Source: a virus
Lineage: Duplodnaviria > Heunggongvirae > Uroviricota > Caudoviricetes
Length of the DNA: 64,000 nt
IMG/VR virus record: IMGVR_UViG_2795385694_000001
Direction: 5' to 3' (one strand)
Shown here: one piece after another, positions 16,474 through 24,267 of the stretch
Numbering within the stretch: the first letter of the stretch is position 1
How the letters are laid out: each line of letters opens with the position of its first letter
Notes under the pieces: generated by a model
Databases searched by the model: none
The model's input: only the letters and a program-made list of their open reading frames with translations
Told to the model about the DNA's origin: nothing
Made by a program: the position numbers and the translations under genes

Positions 16474-16545
16474 TATTGACGACGGGACTTGAACCCGCAC
16501 ATCCAGTTTCCAATAACTGGTGACCTACCGTTGGTCTACGCCATT
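16474..16545 (-). tRNA. tRNA with a non-standard 8-nt (or 6-nt) anticodon loop; identity unresolved
   Basis: D-arm GACC-AACGGTA-GGTC, T-arm GCGGG-TTCAAGT-CCCGT; anticodon region CCAGT-TATTGGAA-ACTGG. Confidence 0.45.
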
Positions 16546-16999
16546 CTCGCAGCGGAGAATGATTTGACTAGAGACGTGCTTCCCCATGAAGTTCCGAACC
16601 CTTTTGGGGCACAGAATGCTTCACGCCTCTCGTGCTTTCGCCTGGCGGGGCTAATTACACTCTCTCTCAACCGCATTGCGAGCCGTCGCCCGACGCGAGA
16701 TCAATCATGGAACACGCCCTTGCTTGCGAAGCTCGGACTCAGTTCCTTCCGCTCCACAGGGCGCTTGTTCGATAGCCTTTTCACACGCACGTACGTGATG
16801 GTGTCCTCAGCACTTTGCCGTTGGACGGGGCGTAACTCGCAACCTGGCAGCCATCTCTGACTGCTCAAGGATTGGATTGCATGGATTGCCCTTGCGGGTG
16901 GTGGGTTGTCACCCCACCTTTCACCACCTTGCGGTGGCTTATGGGCCATGCCCCGAATATCTTAACTATATCTCCCACAACGGAGTTCGTGTGGGTGAG

Positions 17000-17082
17000 C
17001 GGAGAGGCAGGTATTCGAAACCTACTGCGAACAGCGCTCCGGTTAGCAACCGGGCCTAGTCACCTAACTAGTTGCGCTCTCC
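17000..17082 (-). tRNA. tRNA-Ser (GCT), class II
   Basis: Acceptor GGAGAGC/CCTCTCC, anticodon loop TTGCTAA, variable stem-loop GCG-CTGTT-CGC, T-arm TAGGT-TTCGAAT-ACCTG. Confidence 0.6.
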
Positions 17083-17161
17083 ATGGTCCACCATTTCAGC
17101 ACCGACGCGATCTTCAGTGCACCTGTTCAGCCACCATTCAGGCAGGTGGAAGTCTTTAGAG

Positions 17162-17246
17162 CGGAAAGTCGAGGAATCGAACCCCCAGGACGCACTGCCT
17201 GCCCCGGTATTCGACGCCGGTTGCCGACCATTCAGCGGGACCTTCC
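17162..17246 (-). tRNA. tRNA-Ser (CGA), class II
   Basis: Acceptor GGAAGGT/ACTTTCC, anticodon loop GTCGAAT, long variable arm GCAGG..CCTG. Confidence 0.55.
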
Positions 17247-17328
17247 ATCGCCCCAGAATTCATGACGCAGCCTGGCGCACACTGCGGACAGCCAACTCAT
17301 GGCAGGTACCTACCGGTTGACCCAAATG

Positions 17329-17401
17329 CTGATGACCCTGGATTCGAACCAAGACCTACGTGGTTCAGAGCCACGTGTGCTGCCGGTTACACCAATCATC
17401 A
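17329..17401 (-). tRNA. tRNA-Gln (CTG)
   Basis: D-arm GTG-TAACCGGCAG-CAC, anticodon arm CGTGG-CTCTGAA-CCACG is perfect, T-arm CTTGG-TTCGAAT-CCAGG. Confidence 0.7.
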
Positions 17402-17480
17402 ATGCTGAGACTGGCCTTGCGGGCGGGGGAACGTTTCTGCTTGCCGCAAGCCTTCAGTTCGTTCCACACCAGTCTCATTG

Positions 17481-17557
17481 TCTCGCCGTCAGGAGTCGAA
17501 CCTGCACACCCGAAGGAGCAGATTTACAGTCTGCGTTGATCGCCTATTCGCGACGAG
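17481..17557 (-). tRNA. tRNA-Tyr (GTA)
   Basis: Anticodon arm GCAGA-CTGTAAA-TCTGC is perfect; extended variable region; T-arm GCAGG-TTCGACT-CCTG. Confidence 0.6.
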
Positions 17558-17609
17558 ATTGGAGCCAGTGCTCGGCTTCTCGCCGATTCGCATGCACACA
17601 CTGACATGG

Positions 17610-17682
17610 CTGGCTTGGAAGGATTCGAACCTACACCTCGCGAGTTAACAGCTCGCTGCTCTACCAATTGAGCTACAGGCCA
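17610..17682 (-). tRNA. tRNA-Asn (GTT)
   Basis: D-arm TAGCTCAATTGGTAGAGC, anticodon arm GCGAG-CTGTTAA-CTCGC, T-arm GTAGG-TTCGAAT-CCTTC. Confidence 0.7.
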
Positions 17683-17801
17683 AGAGCGAGGGTCGCCAGT
17701 GTCAGCGCGCTTTCCGACCTGTGCGACCCTCTTGCCCGTCCTGCTTAGAGATGAGACGGAGCCGAAAACACCCGTACGGTCATCATACGTGATGACCAAC
17801 G

Positions 17802-17876
17802 TCTGCCAGGCGCGATTTGAACACGCGATCTCCTGGACCCAAACCAGGCGGGATGGCCAAACTTCCCTACAAGCAG
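17802..17876 (-). tRNA. tRNA-Pro (TGG)
   Basis: Anticodon arm CCTGG-TTTGGGT-CCAGG is perfect; T-arm GCGTG-TTCAAAT-CGCGC. Confidence 0.6.
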
Positions 17877-18156
17877 ATGATGGACGACACGGCCCAGGTA
17901 CGGCACCTCAGGTCGGATCCTTTTTATCGGAACCTACTGCGGGATTACCCTGCCATCCATATGGCCACCGGCATCCCGATGGTCGCGCGGAGATGTCTCT
18001 CCACATTCCCCGTACGACCGACGCTTTCCTGGAGCTACCTGTACTTGCGCATGTGGTCTGACAGCCGGGGCCACACTGACTAACGAGGATGTTCTCCCTT
18101 TGCACTACCGGCAGCCTACGCCGCCAGTCGGGGCTCGAACCCGAATCTTCCTCTCG

Positions 18157-18510
18157 TGGAGCTGCCCGGAATTGAACCGGGATGTTACGTGACTTGTCAC
18201 AGTCTTCTACGTGCGTAGTCCACCGATTGGGTCGGTTGGGGTGGACGCCTGTCCGAATCGAGACCTCAGACTCTCGACCGATCTTCCAGCACAGTTTGTC
18301 GCCTGAGAGCTGGTCATTGCGAGTTCCCCGTATTCGCGACGGTGGATTGGTACACGGAACGGGTAAACCGTGGTACCCCACCGGACTACGCAGCTAGGGC
18401 GTAGTCGGACTGAGCAGAAGCTGCAGTTATTGTGGTTGCACTGTTACGGGCGTTGCGGGCCCGGCACGCTTCTCAGTAAGTTGACACGCAATCGAATACC
18501 TGTCAGCCCC
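18157..18510 (-). ncRNA. ssrA: tmRNA (ssrA), one-piece, mycobacterial type
   Basis: 5' GGGGCTGACAGG...GAAGCGTGCCGG...GCAACCACAATAACT then tag reading frame GCA GCT TCT GCT CAG TCC GAC TAC GCC CTA GCT GCG TAG (AASAQSDYALAA), 3' CCCGGTTCAATTCCGGGCAGCTCCA; this parallels the M. tuberculosis ssrA layout (tag ADSHQRDYALAA, as recalled). Confidence 0.85.
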
Positions 18511-18567
18511 ATTGAAGTATCTATATCTCTATGGAATTTTCAAATGTCATGCCACACAGAGGCATTG

Positions 18568-18638
18568 CACGGGCGGAGAGAATCGAACTCCCACTAACGG
18601 GTTTGGAATCCGTTGTCCTACCTTTGGACCACGCCCAT
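18568..18638 (-). tRNA. tRNA-Trp (CCA)
   Basis: D-stem GTCC/GGAC, anticodon loop TTCCAAA, T-arm GGGAG-TTCGATT-CTCTC. Confidence 0.6.
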
Positions 18639-18688
18639 ATCACCGGGATTTCCGGCTCCGGTAACCGGTGTGAACTAAGTCTACGGCC

Positions 18689-18702
18689 CACCCACATGAA
18701 CC
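18689..18702 (+). promoter_or_regulatory. representative copy of the recurring ACCCACATGAACC motif (see findings)
   Basis: CACCCACATGAACC between the terminator and the first gene of the tRNA array. Confidence 0.5.
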
Positions 18703-18710
18703 TCTAGCGA

Positions 18711-18748
18711 ATAAAAACGGGCCCCGATCCACTGAGGAACCGGGGCCC
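18711..18748 (-). terminator. rho-independent terminator for - strand transcription
   Basis: GGGCCCCG-(14-nt loop)-CGGGGCCC followed on the - strand by GTTTTTAT. Confidence 0.55.
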
Positions 18749-18768
18749 AACGTCGAGAAAGCCTACGC

Positions 18769-18948
18769 TTACTGCTTGGTTGGGAAGGTTCCGTCATCAG
18801 CCGGAATGGTGCCGTTCCACCATCCGTGAGCCTTCGCCTGTGACCACTTGTCGCGGTCAGCCGACCCATAGATGGCCTCGACCACCTGCGAGCGGAACAG
18901 GTCAGCCTGTGGAGTTCCCGCTACGGGCTTGTTGTTCTGATTCGCCAT
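18769..18948 (-). CDS. 59-aa hypothetical protein (MANQNNKPVAGTPQADLFRSQ...)
   Basis: ATG 18948; just below the 60-aa track cutoff; followed by the terminator. Confidence 0.4.
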   Translation of the reverse strand: MANQNNKPVAGTPQADLFRSQVVEAIYGSADRDKWSQAKAHGWWNGTIPADDGTFPTKQ

Positions 18949-19026
18949 GTGGTGAGTCCTTGCCTGAAAGTCTTTGATGCACAGACACTGTGCTTACATC
19001 TATATTCTAGCACGCGTTTGCTGTGA

Positions 19027-19344
19027 CTATTCCCGCCAGTTCCTTGACGTGGGATGTTTGACCTTCTTCTTCGCCTTCCCGCCTCGACGCTGATTGCAAA
19101 CCAGGTGGCAGGGAACGAGATTCGAAACGTCGTAGCAGAGTGGGTCATCCCAGGCGAGATCTTTCACGGGGATGATGTGGTCTACGGTCGCGCTCATCGG
19201 GTCAGGCCATTTGAGGCTCAGGTCAATGAACTCGTGGCATTCGTCGCAGATCTGGTTTGCACGTAGTACGCGGGCTTTCGCCTTATCGAACTTGACGCCA
19301 GTACGACCGAGAGAGCGCGGGCCGTTCTTCGATGAAGTCGGCAA
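19027..19344 (-). CDS. HNH endonuclease
   Basis: CDECHEF...HIIPV...NLVPCHLVCNQRRG is an HNH motif. Confidence 0.75.
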   Translation of the reverse strand: MPTSSKNGPRSLGRTGVKFDKAKARVLRANQICDECHEFIDLSLKWPDPMSATVDHIIPVKDLAWDDPLCYDVSNLVPCHLVCNQRRGGKAKKKVKHPTSRNWRE

Positions 19345-19365
19345 TGGGTTCCTCTACCCATTATC

Positions 19366-19599
19366 TCACGAGCTCTTGGCTTCGCTCTCTGCATCGCTGT
19401 AGCCCATGTCGTATCCCTCGTCATAACCGGCGTCATAGCCTCGGCGGTAGTCTGCATTGCTTCTTGAGTCGCCCAGTCTGTGTGCCAAATCTTCCCAGCG
19501 AAGCTGCTCTTCGTGCTCCAGTTCGTACCAGTACTTCGAGCCACATGGACGCCACAGGTCGTAAAGTTCAGCACCGGTCACTGTGGCAACCCAGCCCAT
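19366..19599 (-). CDS. hypothetical protein
   Basis: ORF track. Confidence 0.45.
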   Translation of the reverse strand: MGWVATVTGAELYDLWRPCGSKYWYELEHEEQLRWEDLAHRLGDSRSNADYRRGYDAGYDEGYDMGYSDAESEAKSS

Positions 19600-19913
19600 C
19601 CTTCAAGGCGTGCCAGTTGGCGCTCAAGCTCATCCAGGCTTGCGTTCTGGGCCTTGTTAGCACTCTTGGTGGTTGCCCCAAACCCGGCCTTCACGAGAGC
19701 CTCTGCGGCTTCCTTTGCGGACAATGGGCTAATTCGATACAACCCACTTACGACCTGCGCGTTCTTGAAGTTAGTGCGCCCATGCTTCTCGATGATCGCA
19801 GCCATCACATCGACGTCGGACACGTCCCCACCTACTTGGTGGGGACTGTCGGCATGACCGGCGTCGGCCAGCAGAGGAGCGCAATGCCCTTGTCCTTGGC
19901 GATGTCCAGACAC
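19578..19913 (-). CDS. hypothetical protein; possibly the frameshifted C-terminal part of the upstream SPFH gene
   Basis: Overlaps the 19832..20692 3' end by 82 nt in a different frame; coiled-coil-like tail. Confidence 0.35.
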   Translation of the reverse strand: MSGHRQGQGHCAPLLADAGHADSPHQVGGDVSDVDVMAAIIEKHGRTNFKNAQVVSGLYRISPLSAKEAAEALVKAGFGATTKSANKAQNASLDELERQLARLEGWAGLPQ

Positions 19914-20692
19914 TTGGAGACCAGCACGTTGGGGTCGCGTGATACGGAGCTTGACAGAATCTCATTTGCGCGGGCCTGGGCCTCGGCAGTCTTCTGGTCC
20001 TGCAGGGCCACCGAGGTGGCAGCGCGGGACTGGTTGATTTGATTGATCTTCTGTTCGGTGCCCTCGTCGTAGTCGATCGTCGGGACAGCTACGTCCAAGA
20101 TTTCGACTTGGGTGCCCACCTTGCTTGCAAGGATTTTGCGGGCCTGCTCCGACAGCTCTGGCAGTGGAGACTGGTCGAGATTCTTCGGGGCCAAAGGGTC
20201 GAACGTTGCGAACACCTCGTTCAATGCAACCTGCAGGTTTCGGGTGACCAGGTTGGTTCGAACGTTGTCGAATGTCTTGTACTGGACGAATAGCTCTGGC
20301 GTGGCTTCCTGCTTAATCTGCCAACGAACTGACACATCCGCGTCTGCAGTGGAAGAGTTACCTAGACGAACCTTGATGCGGTTATCACCCTTGTGCTGGT
20401 CGATCTGGATCGCCCCGTCCATCTCAGTGACGTTCGCCCACGGGGCCTTGAAGTGTAGGCCGTTGGACAGCGTTGAGCCATTCGGTCGCCCGAACGTGGT
20501 CTCGATACCAATCTGTCGAGTACCAACGGTGGTAATCGAAGCGAAGATACCGAAGATCAGCGCGAATACACCGGCACCGGCAGCGGTGAGGAGTGGGATG
20601 TATCGATCTTTGTGGGGCGCGATCGGAGTTGCAATAACGGCAATTCCGGCAACGATGAGCAGGATCAGGGTGATCCACATTGTGGGCGGCAT
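19832..20692 (-). CDS. SPFH/band-7 (prohibitin-like) membrane protein
   Basis: N-terminal TM segment then VGTRQIGIETTFGRPNG..GLHFKAPW...VSVRWQI typical of the SPFH domain. Confidence 0.7.
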   Translation of the reverse strand: MPPTMWITLILLIVAGIAVIATPIAPHKDRYIPLLTAAGAGVFALIFGIFASITTVGTRQIGIETTFGRPNGSTLSNGLHFKAPWANVTEMDGAIQIDQHKGDNRIKVRLGNSSTADADVSVRWQIKQEATPELFVQYKTFDNVRTNLVTRNLQVALNEVFATFDPLAPKNLDQSPLPELSEQARKILASKVGTQVEILDVAVPTIDYDEGTEQKINQINQSRAATSVALQDQKTAEAQARANEILSSSVSRDPNVLVSKCLDIAKDKGIALLCWPTPVMPTVPTK

Positions 20693-20796
20693 AGACGGCT
20701 CCTAGATTTCGGTGGTGAGTAATTCGGCTACGGTCACGGGGCGCTGAGACCCACGTCTGAAGTGAAATAGCCTGTGGTAGAGGTAGATGAGCTGCT

Positions 20797-21309
20797 TCAC
20801 GCAACGTTTCCGAACAGGCGCTCCATCACGTTGTCGGTAGAGGCCCGGAACTCGGCAAGGTTCTTCGAGTGGTTGTCCACATCGCCTGGCTGAGTGCTGA
20901 GACGTGAACGCCACTCGAGGTTGTCGGCGTCGCAGTTTTGTGGATCACCGTCAATGTGGTGGACACGCCACTTCTGCACTTCACGTTGATCAGCTCGGTT
21001 GTACGGCACGCCATGGAATGCAGAAGCGACTAGGGTGTCTACCCGTAAGAGCAGACTCCAACTCGCAGTACGCCCGGATCCACGATGAATCGACACGTAT
21101 AGATGGTCATCAGCTGGTCGGTTCTTACTGGCGTTCCGGCCAATTCGCCGCGACAGGTAGTAGCCGTTGTAGTTGCGTTTCCATGTCGTGCCGTCCTTGC
21201 GGGTGAATTCCCGGGTGAACGGCAACGATCGAACGATACCTGTGTTGGACACTTCATACCGCTGGTCCAGGAAAGGGATTGGCTTCCAGATCAGCTCAGG
21301 TGTCTCCAT
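20797..21309 (-). CDS. HNH homing endonuclease (NUMOD4-like N-terminus plus HNH)
   Basis: YEVSNTGIVRSL motif; VHHIDGDPQNCDADNLEW. Confidence 0.8.
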   Translation of the reverse strand: METPELIWKPIPFLDQRYEVSNTGIVRSLPFTREFTRKDGTTWKRNYNGYYLSRRIGRNASKNRPADDHLYVSIHRGSGRTASWSLLLRVDTLVASAFHGVPYNRADQREVQKWRVHHIDGDPQNCDADNLEWRSRLSTQPGDVDNHSKNLAEFRASTDNVMERLFGNVA

Positions 21310-21524
21310 CAGCGTCCCTCCTCGGCCCAGTAAGCCTCCATCACCTTCGTGACGGCCTTGTACCAGTCAGGGCGTCCACTCAGCTCGCCGTCAACGGCAT
21401 CGAAATAGACCTCGCCCGTTGCGGTTTCTTCGATCTCGCCGTCCAGATGCTGGCGGTCAAGCTCGCTGATGAGAACCTCTTCGAGCTGGCGGATAAGCAC
21501 TGTGTCATCGGGGCGCAGGCTCAC
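21309..21524 (-). CDS. hypothetical acidic protein
   Basis: ORF track. Confidence 0.45.
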   Translation of the reverse strand: MSLRPDDTVLIRQLEEVLISELDRQHLDGEIEETATGEVYFDAVDGELSGRPDWYKAVTKVMEAYWAEEGR

Positions 21525-21737
21525 CTAGATCTGCTCCAGGGCCTTGACGACCTCTTCCGGGAAGAGGCCTGACTCTTTCACAGCCAAAATAAACGCGTCA
21601 GAAAGCGCCATGATTCCATCGGCGGTGCCAAGCCAAGAGAAAAACTCACCAGCTAGGTCGATGGGAATGCCATTGAAACCAATGCTAACGGTGTCGTTGC
21701 TGTTGATCTTGAAAGTGGTTTCGATTTGGTTCTTCAT
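21525..21737 (-). CDS. hypothetical protein
   Basis: Start moved to ATG 21737 (MKNQIETT) with AGGAA RBS; the longer form would overlap the upstream gene. Confidence 0.45.
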   Translation of the reverse strand: MKNQIETTFKINSNDTVSIGFNGIPIDLAGEFFSWLGTADGIMALSDAFILAVKESGLFPEEVVKALEQI

Positions 21738-21739
21738 AG

Positions 21740-22546
21740 TCAGATTCCTGTCACGTTGGTGGATGCAATGCAATGGGTGTCTTTCAGCCACTTACCGCAG
21801 TCCTGGCACTGGAAGCGCGTGTAAACACGAGTGGCGTTCTTTCGAGTGCCCTGCTTGGTGATGTGCGTGGAATTGCAGTTTGGGCAATGCATCTCGCCGT
21901 CCTCGGTCCACAACCCGAGGTTCATTCCACGCAGCCACGGACGGGTGTCGTAGTAGAGCTCCACCGTCTGATCGACGTCGCGCATGTTGTAGCTCTTCAT
22001 TGACCGACGAGCACGGCGTAGCACATCGCCCTGGCCGAAGCGCAGTGTGCGCCAAAGGCCATTCTCGGTGTTCTCCTTGCCCTCCATCGCCTTTGCCTTT
22101 GCGACGTAGCGCATTGACTTGGCGTATGGGTTGAAGTTTCGCGAGATTTCCTTCATGAGATCGATGTCCACATGAGGAGCTGGTGGCATTAGGTCGTAGT
22201 ACCAGAACGCAGTATTGAGGTGCTTGACGTCGAAATTCTTGCTGTTGTACCCGACGACGTAGTCAGCTGCCGACAGGAGGTCCCAAGCCTGCTCCACCAT
22301 GTTCTGATGTCCACCACCCGGGGTGTGAGACTGGTTGTCCTGCGGGAGGTTCCCATCCCATTCGGCAACGAACTTGGTCTTGTGGTCGGGGTCGTCAATC
22401 CACCGGTAGGCGAAGCAGATGGTGCGAGGAGGCTCGATAACGCGTTCGGGGGCGATCCAACTGCCGTACTGCTTGCCTTCCCACACCCCGTCAACCAAAG
22501 CCGACTGGCGCTCGATATCGATTGCCAGGATCTTCGCATCCGTCAT
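21740..22546 (-). CDS. DEDD-type 3'-5' exonuclease (DnaQ/RNase-T-like) with C-terminal zinc ribbon
   Basis: LAIDIE, YNSKNFD and Y..D motifs; CPNC...CQDC. Confidence 0.65.
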   Translation of the reverse strand: MTDAKILAIDIERQSALVDGVWEGKQYGSWIAPERVIEPPRTICFAYRWIDDPDHKTKFVAEWDGNLPQDNQSHTPGGGHQNMVEQAWDLLSAADYVVGYNSKNFDVKHLNTAFWYYDLMPPAPHVDIDLMKEISRNFNPYAKSMRYVAKAKAMEGKENTENGLWRTLRFGQGDVLRRARRSMKSYNMRDVDQTVELYYDTRPWLRGMNLGLWTEDGEMHCPNCNSTHITKQGTRKNATRVYTRFQCQDCGKWLKDTHCIASTNVTGI

Positions 22547-22559
22547 ATGTCTGCCTATC

Positions 22560-22793
22560 TCAGTTCTGGAACTGTTCTTCGAGCTTCGCGGTGGTGAGCT
22601 TGTCCCAATGGGCGATGAATTCTTCTGTCATGACATGCAATTGCTCACCGGACACGAGAAAGGCATGTGGCTCACCGCTCTTATGGGTGAGCACCTGAAT
22701 GAAGATGTTCTCAGTGACCCGGACGGTCACGCCCATGTCTGTCTCAATGGCTTCGAGCTGACCGAGATGCTCGAACTCGCCCGTAGCGCTCAC
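22560..22793 (-). CDS. hypothetical protein
   Basis: ORF track. Confidence 0.45.
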   Translation of the reverse strand: MSATGEFEHLGQLEAIETDMGVTVRVTENIFIQVLTHKSGEPHAFLVSGEQLHVMTEEFIAHWDKLTTAKLEEQFQN

Positions 22794-23059
22794 TCGGGGG
22801 CCGCGAAGCAGTCGAGGGTCGTACCAGCGAGAAAGGCCGCGAACAGCCTGTCAGCCATCTCGCCCCGCTCTTCTACGGTCTGCACCCAGACGCTCTTTGG
22901 AGACGCTACGAGCGTGTCGGGGCCTGCGACGATTAGGAGGTAGCGTCCATCCTCCAGCGCAACAGTGAGGTGTCCGTTGGAGTAGTGGAATGGGAGCCGC
23001 GTCCCTGGTGTTTTCAAAGTTTCCATGTGTCCCAGTCTATTTCGGTAAAATGGGATCAT
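22790..23059 (-). CDS. hypothetical protein
   Basis: Start placed at the ATG inside the ACCCACATGATCCC motif (MIPFYRNRLG); the longer annotated form overlaps the upstream gene. Confidence 0.45.
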   Translation of the reverse strand: MIPFYRNRLGHMETLKTPGTRLPFHYSNGHLTVALEDGRYLLIVAGPDTLVASPKSVWVQTVEERGEMADRLFAAFLAGTTLDCFAAPE

Positions 23060-23067
23060 GTGGGTAG

Positions 23068-23289
23068 TTATTTTCGACCGAAACCCGTGTACGGATCGAC
23101 CCTCTCGCTCAGGTAGTTCAGGAGATGGAGCCCCGTAATAGCCACGGCGGCATGACAAATAGCCCAACCAAGACGAGAGCTCAGCCACCTATCAAACTGG
23201 TGACTGAGCTTCTCATCTTCGGGCGCAAAGTATTCAACGGCGGCAATGTACACCACCAGGCCGATCCAGCCCTTTTCTGAATAGCGCAT
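23068..23289 (-). CDS. small membrane protein (2 TM)
   Basis: WIGLVVYIAAVEYF and WAICHAAVAITGLHLL hydrophobic segments. Confidence 0.4.
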   Translation of the reverse strand: MRYSEKGWIGLVVYIAAVEYFAPEDEKLSHQFDRWLSSRLGWAICHAAVAITGLHLLNYLSERVDPYTGFGRK

Positions 23290-23660
23290 TAGTCGCGGAA
23301 CTTCTCCAACCCCTTCGGGCCCTTGAAACGATCATCGAACTCGGGGAAGTTCTTGCGGAAATACATCAATGCCAAAGCATGGAAGATCACGGCGGTGAGG
23401 TGCTCCAGGCCGGTGCCGCCCTCGCCATTGTCGAACTCTTCGCCATTCCACCACGCCATAGCGTGACGCATCATCGCGTCGTACGACTTAGACCACTCAT
23501 AGCCCTTGGCCCAGTTATGGTCTGAGTACTTCTTCGCGCCCTTGCCGTACAGCTCCGCAACCTCTAGGAGCTCACGCACCGGCAGCAGGGACATGCGGAC
23601 GTCGTTGCCCGCCTTCTGCCCTCCCGTGGAGGAGGTGGTCATCACTTCCCCGACACTCAC
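23289..23660 (-). CDS. hypothetical protein (possible MazG-like NTP pyrophosphohydrolase, weak)
   Basis: ORF track; helical, acidic; weak resemblance only. Confidence 0.45.
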   Translation of the reverse strand: MSVGEVMTTSSTGGQKAGNDVRMSLLPVRELLEVAELYGKGAKKYSDHNWAKGYEWSKSYDAMMRHAMAWWNGEEFDNGEGGTGLEHLTAVIFHALALMYFRKNFPEFDDRFKGPKGLEKFRD

Positions 23661-23932
23661 GCGCCAAGCTCCCTTGCTGCTTCGTTCAGAAAATCATTGG
23701 CCTGGTCGTGGATCCCACGCAGGACGTCCTCGTCAACCTCGATGAGTTCATCGCGCTCATACACAGAGCTGAACTCGATTCCGTCTTCGAGGTGTTCGAT
23801 TGCGATCCGGCGAGCGACCTCAGTGATCGCTTCTGGGGTCACTTCTTGACCCACACTGTGATGGTCTTCTCCTGTGAGACAACCTCTTCGGTGGGTCCGT
23901 CGTAGTAGCCACCATTGAAGGAGGCATACCAC
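23657..23932 (-). CDS. hypothetical protein
   Basis: ORF track. Confidence 0.45.
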   Translation of the reverse strand: MVCLLQWWLLRRTHRRGCLTGEDHHSVGQEVTPEAITEVARRIAIEHLEDGIEFSSVYERDELIEVDEDVLRGIHDQANDFLNEAARELGA

Positions 23933-24267
23933 CCATCACGACGGAAGTAGCGAACCTCGCCATTATCATCGGTAATCTTGAAGACAAACCAGTACTGGTC
24001 GCCTTGACCTTCGCCTCCGAAGGTGTCCTCAAGCTCAATACGCCCGAAGCCTTCGAAGTACTTGTAATCAATCTCCGACTCGGGGATCGGAGCGAATTTG
24101 CGGGCGTCCGGGTTCCACCGCTCCTTGCTCACCCCGATGTATTCCTCGAACTCGTGCCAGCCGGTGATGTGCTCAGTCTTCGGCTCGGTCTCTTTGTACG
24201 GAATGTAGGTCACATCCCAGCCGGTATCCTGTACCAGCTCTTCGATATCCTCGACGGTGTAGCTCAC
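23839..24267 (-). CDS. hypothetical protein, paralog family member 1 (MSYTVEDI...)
   Basis: Shares the MSYT(V/I)xDI...GGEG...FKV(T)...R(Y/H)FRR.G(W/Y)YASF.GG.YDGPT.EV pattern with the next two genes. Confidence 0.5.
   Translation of the reverse strand: MSYTVEDIEELVQDTGWDVTYIPYKETEPKTEHITGWHEFEEYIGVSKERWNPDARKFAPIPESEIDYKYFEGFGRIELEDTFGGEGQGDQYWFVFKITDDNGEVRYFRRDGWYASFNGGYYDGPTEEVVSQEKTITVWVKK

Noticed and set aside
17908-18381. 157-aa - strand ORF, plus overlapping + strand ORFs 17699..18061 and 18182..18397
   Set aside because: They lie across the tmRNA (18157..18510) and tRNA-Pro (17802..17876). Composition is not protein-like. They are artefacts of high-GC open frames.
13500-18700. Search for a CRISPR array or a suppressor (CUA anticodon) tRNA
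   Set aside because: No regularly spaced direct repeats anywhere in the window. No folded tRNA showed a CUA anticodon. The closest is anticodon UAG, which reads CUA Leu codons and not the stop codon.
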